A stretch of 64,000 nt of DNA from an uncultured Acidobacteriota bacterium (GTDB lineage: Bacteria; Acidobacteriota; Thermoanaerobaculia; Multivoradales; UBA5704), in NCBI GenBank assembly GCA_963756455.1, contig CAVWNC010000003.1, forward strand, positions 1,537,430 through 1,601,429. Direction: 5' to 3'. This document shows positions 60,532 to 64,000 of the stretch, piece after piece. The notes under the pieces are model-generated. The model was not told the origin of the DNA and ran no database searches. It worked only from the letters and a program-made list of their open reading frames with translations. Numbering within the stretch: the first letter of the stretch is position 1; every line of letters begins with the position of its first letter. Both the position numbers and the translations under genes were made by a program.

Positions 60532-62738
60532 TGTTCGGTCACGCTACCGCCTGGCTCTTGACCTACGCGCTCCACAGCACTCTTCTCCTCGCCCTCGCCT
60601 GGCTGGCCTCCGGGCCGCTCGCGCGGCGCTCGCTCCGGCTGGAGGAGGCGGTCTGGCGGGTGGCGCTCCTGGGCGCTCTCGCCACCAGCACCTTCCAGGT
60701 CGCGACCGGCTGGCACCCCGTCGCCGCCCTCCGCCTGCCGGCGACCTCCGTAGCGAGCACGGTGTCGGAGGGGACCGCGACCTCCATGGCACCTATAGAT
60801 AAGGTCGCGGCGTCCGCTCCCGCCTCCTTCTCCGCCAGCCTGCCGATGCCGGAGGTCTCCCTCTCCAGGGTGGCCGAGCTCTCGCCGGCTCCCGCCGCGG
60901 TCCTCCCGGCTGCAGGTCGCCCGATGCCGGTCCCCGCGGCCTCGCGTTCGGCGGTCTGGATGGCGAGGCTGATCGGTCTCTGGGCCACGATCGCCTTCCT
61001 TCTCTCGCTCCGCCTGGCGTTCGCGCATCTGGGGCTCCGCCGGCGGCTGCGGGCTCGCCTGGAGGTCTCGGGCGGTACTCTCTTCCGCATCCTCGACCGG
61101 CTGGCTTCGGAGACCGGGATCTCCCGGCCCATCCGGCTGACCTGCTCGACCGCGCTGCCGGTGCCGGTCGCCCTGGGGGTGCTGCGGCCGGAGATCGCGG
61201 TGCCGCCGCGGGCCCTGTCGCACCTCTCGGCCGGCGAGCAGGAGAGCCTTCTCGCCCATGAGCTCGCCCACCTCGTCCGCCGCGATCCGGCCTGGCTCGC
61301 GGGCGGCCAGCTCTTGGCGAGCCTCCTCTTCTTCCAGCCGCTCAACTGGGTGGCCCGGCGGCGCCTCCGCGAGATCTCGGAGCTCCTCTCGGACGAGTGG
61401 GCGGTCGGCCGGACGGGGGAGCCGCTGGCGCTCGCCCGCTGCCTGACGGAAGTCGCCCAGTGGACGCTCGGACCGGTCCGCCTCCTCCCCGTCCCCGGCA
61501 TGGCCGACCGGCCGTCGAACCTCGGTCGCCGCATCCACCGCCTCCTCGACGGCGAGCGGGAACGCCACCGGATGCCGCGATGGGGACTGGCGGCCCTCGG
61601 GGTCCTCCTCCTCTCGATCGCCGTGGCGGCCCCCGGCTTCACGGCGCCGGAGAAGCCCGCGCCGCCCAGCGCTCCCGAAATCGCCGCGGCTCCCGAGCCG
61701 CCGGAAGCTCCGGAAGCGCTCGAAGCGCCGGATGCCCCCGAGCTTGCGGAAGCCCCGGAGGTCGCGGCGCCGCCCGTCCTCGCCCCGGCGCCGCCCGCCC
61801 TTCCCGCTCCACCGCTCCGGGCACCCCGGGCCGCCAAACCGCGGCGGTTGTCCACACCGCTGCGCCCGGACCTCGCTCCCCTGGCCCCGCCGCGCCTCTA
61901 CGGCCTCACCGCGGAGGAGAAGGCGGAGATCGACTCGGCCGGCGCCGAGGGAGCCGCTGAAGCCGCAGAGATCGCCCGGATCGCCGCGGCCGGTCGCTTC
62001 AACCAGGAGGAGATCGCCCGCATCGAGTCCGACGCCGATCGCATGGCGCGGGACATGGAGGAGCGCCTGAAGCCGCAGATGAAGGAGATCGAGAAGCTCG
62101 CCGCGCAGATGGCGGCCGAGCGGCCGAGCGACGCCGAGATCCGCGTCCTGGAGCACCAGGTCGACATCGCCACCCGGCATCTCCGGTCGCCCGAGGACGA
62201 GGCCCGCTTCGAGGCCGACGTCAAGAAGCTCACCGAGTCCGCCGGCACTCTGAGCGCGGAGGAGAAGAAGCACCTCCACGAGGACATCCGGCGGATGGCG
62301 GAGTCGATGCGCCCCCGCCCGGAGGACATCGCGGCGATGAAAAAGCTGGCCGAGCGCCACGGCGAGCTCGCGCGCCAGCTGAGCCGCGAGCAGGTCGAAA
62401 GGATGAAGGCCCTCCACGGCCAGATGGAAAAAGAGATGGCCGCCATGCGGCAGACGATGCGGCACGACCTCGCGCAGCAGCTCAAAGGCTTGCACGAGGA
62501 ACTGCAGCACGAGAAGGAGCTGCGGGAAGCCCGGCCCCGGTCGCTCCACCCCCGGCCCCGGATCGCTCCTCAGGCCGCCCCGGCTCCCTGGGCTCCCTTG
62601 GCTCCGATCGCTCCGACGCCGCGTCCGGAAGCGATCCCGGCTCCGGCTCCCCAGGCTGCCCCCGCCCCCCTGCCCCGCCTGGCGTTGCCGGAGAGTGCGG
62701 TCCCGCCTCCTCCTCCCCCCGCCGGCCCCCCGGTGTAA
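60531..62738 (+). CDS. BlaR1-like M56-family membrane metalloprotease sensor, with a Pro/Ala-rich and coiled-coil C-terminal region in place of a penicillin-binding sensor domain
   Basis: Four TM helices, an HEXXH motif (HELAHLVRRD), and a C-terminal (P-E-A-P)n linker followed by long charged helices. Confidence 0.8.
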   Translation: MFGHATAWLLTYALHSTLLLALAWLASGPLARRSLRLEEAVWRVALLGALATSTFQVATGWHPVAALRLPATSVASTVSEGTATSMAPIDKVAASAPASFSASLPMPEVSLSRVAELSPAPAAVLPAAGRPMPVPAASRSAVWMARLIGLWATIAFLLSLRLAFAHLGLRRRLRARLEVSGGTLFRILDRLASETGISRPIRLTCSTALPVPVALGVLRPEIAVPPRALSHLSAGEQESLLAHELAHLVRRDPAWLAGGQLLASLLFFQPLNWVARRRLREISELLSDEWAVGRTGEPLALARCLTEVAQWTLGPVRLLPVPGMADRPSNLGRRIHRLLDGERERHRMPRWGLAALGVLLLSIAVAAPGFTAPEKPAPPSAPEIAAAPEPPEAPEALEAPDAPELAEAPEVAAPPVLAPAPPALPAPPLRAPRAAKPRRLSTPLRPDLAPLAPPRLYGLTAEEKAEIDSAGAEGAAEAAEIARIAAAGRFNQEEIARIESDADRMARDMEERLKPQMKEIEKLAAQMAAERPSDAEIRVLEHQVDIATRHLRSPEDEARFEADVKKLTESAGTLSAEEKKHLHEDIRRMAESMRPRPEDIAAMKKLAERHGELARQLSREQVERMKALHGQMEKEMAAMRQTMRHDLAQQLKGLHEELQHEKELREARPRSLHPRPRIAPQAAPAPWAPLAPIAPTPRPEAIPAPAPQAAPAPLPRLALPESAVPPPPPPAGPPV

Positions 62739-62763
62739 ACGGCCGGCTCCAGCGTGCAGCGGC

Positions 62764-62797
62764 CCTCCTCCCCGCCGCTACGGGGGGGAGGGTTTTT
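62764..62797 (+). terminator. Intrinsic terminator after the blaR1-like gene
   Basis: A ccctcctcccc...ggggggaggg hairpin followed by TTTTT. Confidence 0.6.
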
Positions 62798-63069
62798 CGT
62801 CTCCGGCCCCCCGGGAATCGGCCTGTTTGTGATAAGGTGCGCAGCCGGTTCGACGCTTTCGGTGGCCCTGCTCGTCCCTCTCGATTTTCGCGCCAGGGAG
62901 TTGCGGCTCTCCGTACGTCGACCCGCCCGAGGCTCAGGTCCGGCACACCCGAGGGAGCCGGCGAGAACGCCCTAAAACGTCCCGGAACGGGCAGCGCAAG
63001 CCCGCTTCGGAGAGTTCCATTGCCACGAATGGCCGCGCAGGCGAGCCATTCGTCCGATCTGGAGGAACC

Positions 63070-64000
<931 letters not shown>

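Overview
This is a high-GC (about 70% G+C) chromosomal segment with dense, mostly non-overlapping coding. The gene content fits an Acidobacteriota- or Myxococcota-like genome: a Ser/Thr kinase fused to a TolB-type propeller, a sortilin/BNR protein, a DUF1800/DUF1501 pair, GT-C/GT39-like membrane glycosyltransferases, and a BlaI/BlaR1 pair. I can support about 50 genes. Housekeeping or core genes include a class II B12-dependent ribonucleotide reductase (nrdJ) preceded by tandem NrdR boxes, pyrF, an S1-domain RNA-binding protein, ada, a TetR-regulated RND efflux operon, and a partial H+-pyrophosphatase at the 3' edge. Many long ORFs in the six-frame track are antisense or alternate-frame artefacts of the high GC content and were discarded. 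Four accessory or unusual regions stand out. (1) A pair of unlisted small genes (52 and 55 aa) with double-glycine-type leaders and Cys/Ser/Thr-rich cores, translationally coupled to a sigma-54 activator gene, look like undescribed RiPP-like precursors. (2) A lower-GC island carries a DarG-type macrodomain gene followed by an extended DarT-like ADP-ribosyltransferase gene, the inverse of the usual darT-darG order. (3) A two-gene TIR-domain plus SLOG/LOG-like Rossmann module, Thoeris-like in logic but with no recognisable effector, sits next to ada. (4) A higB-higA cassette with a frameshifted toxin gene is flanked by perfect 27-bp direct repeats that also duplicate the start of the neighbouring cupin gene. 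Other observations: an intergenic repeat family with a palindrome-rich insertion in one copy, a degenerate partial pseudokinase lobe fused ahead of an intact kinase, and a purine permease gene remnant. No rRNA, tRNA, CRISPR array, transposase or integrase was found.
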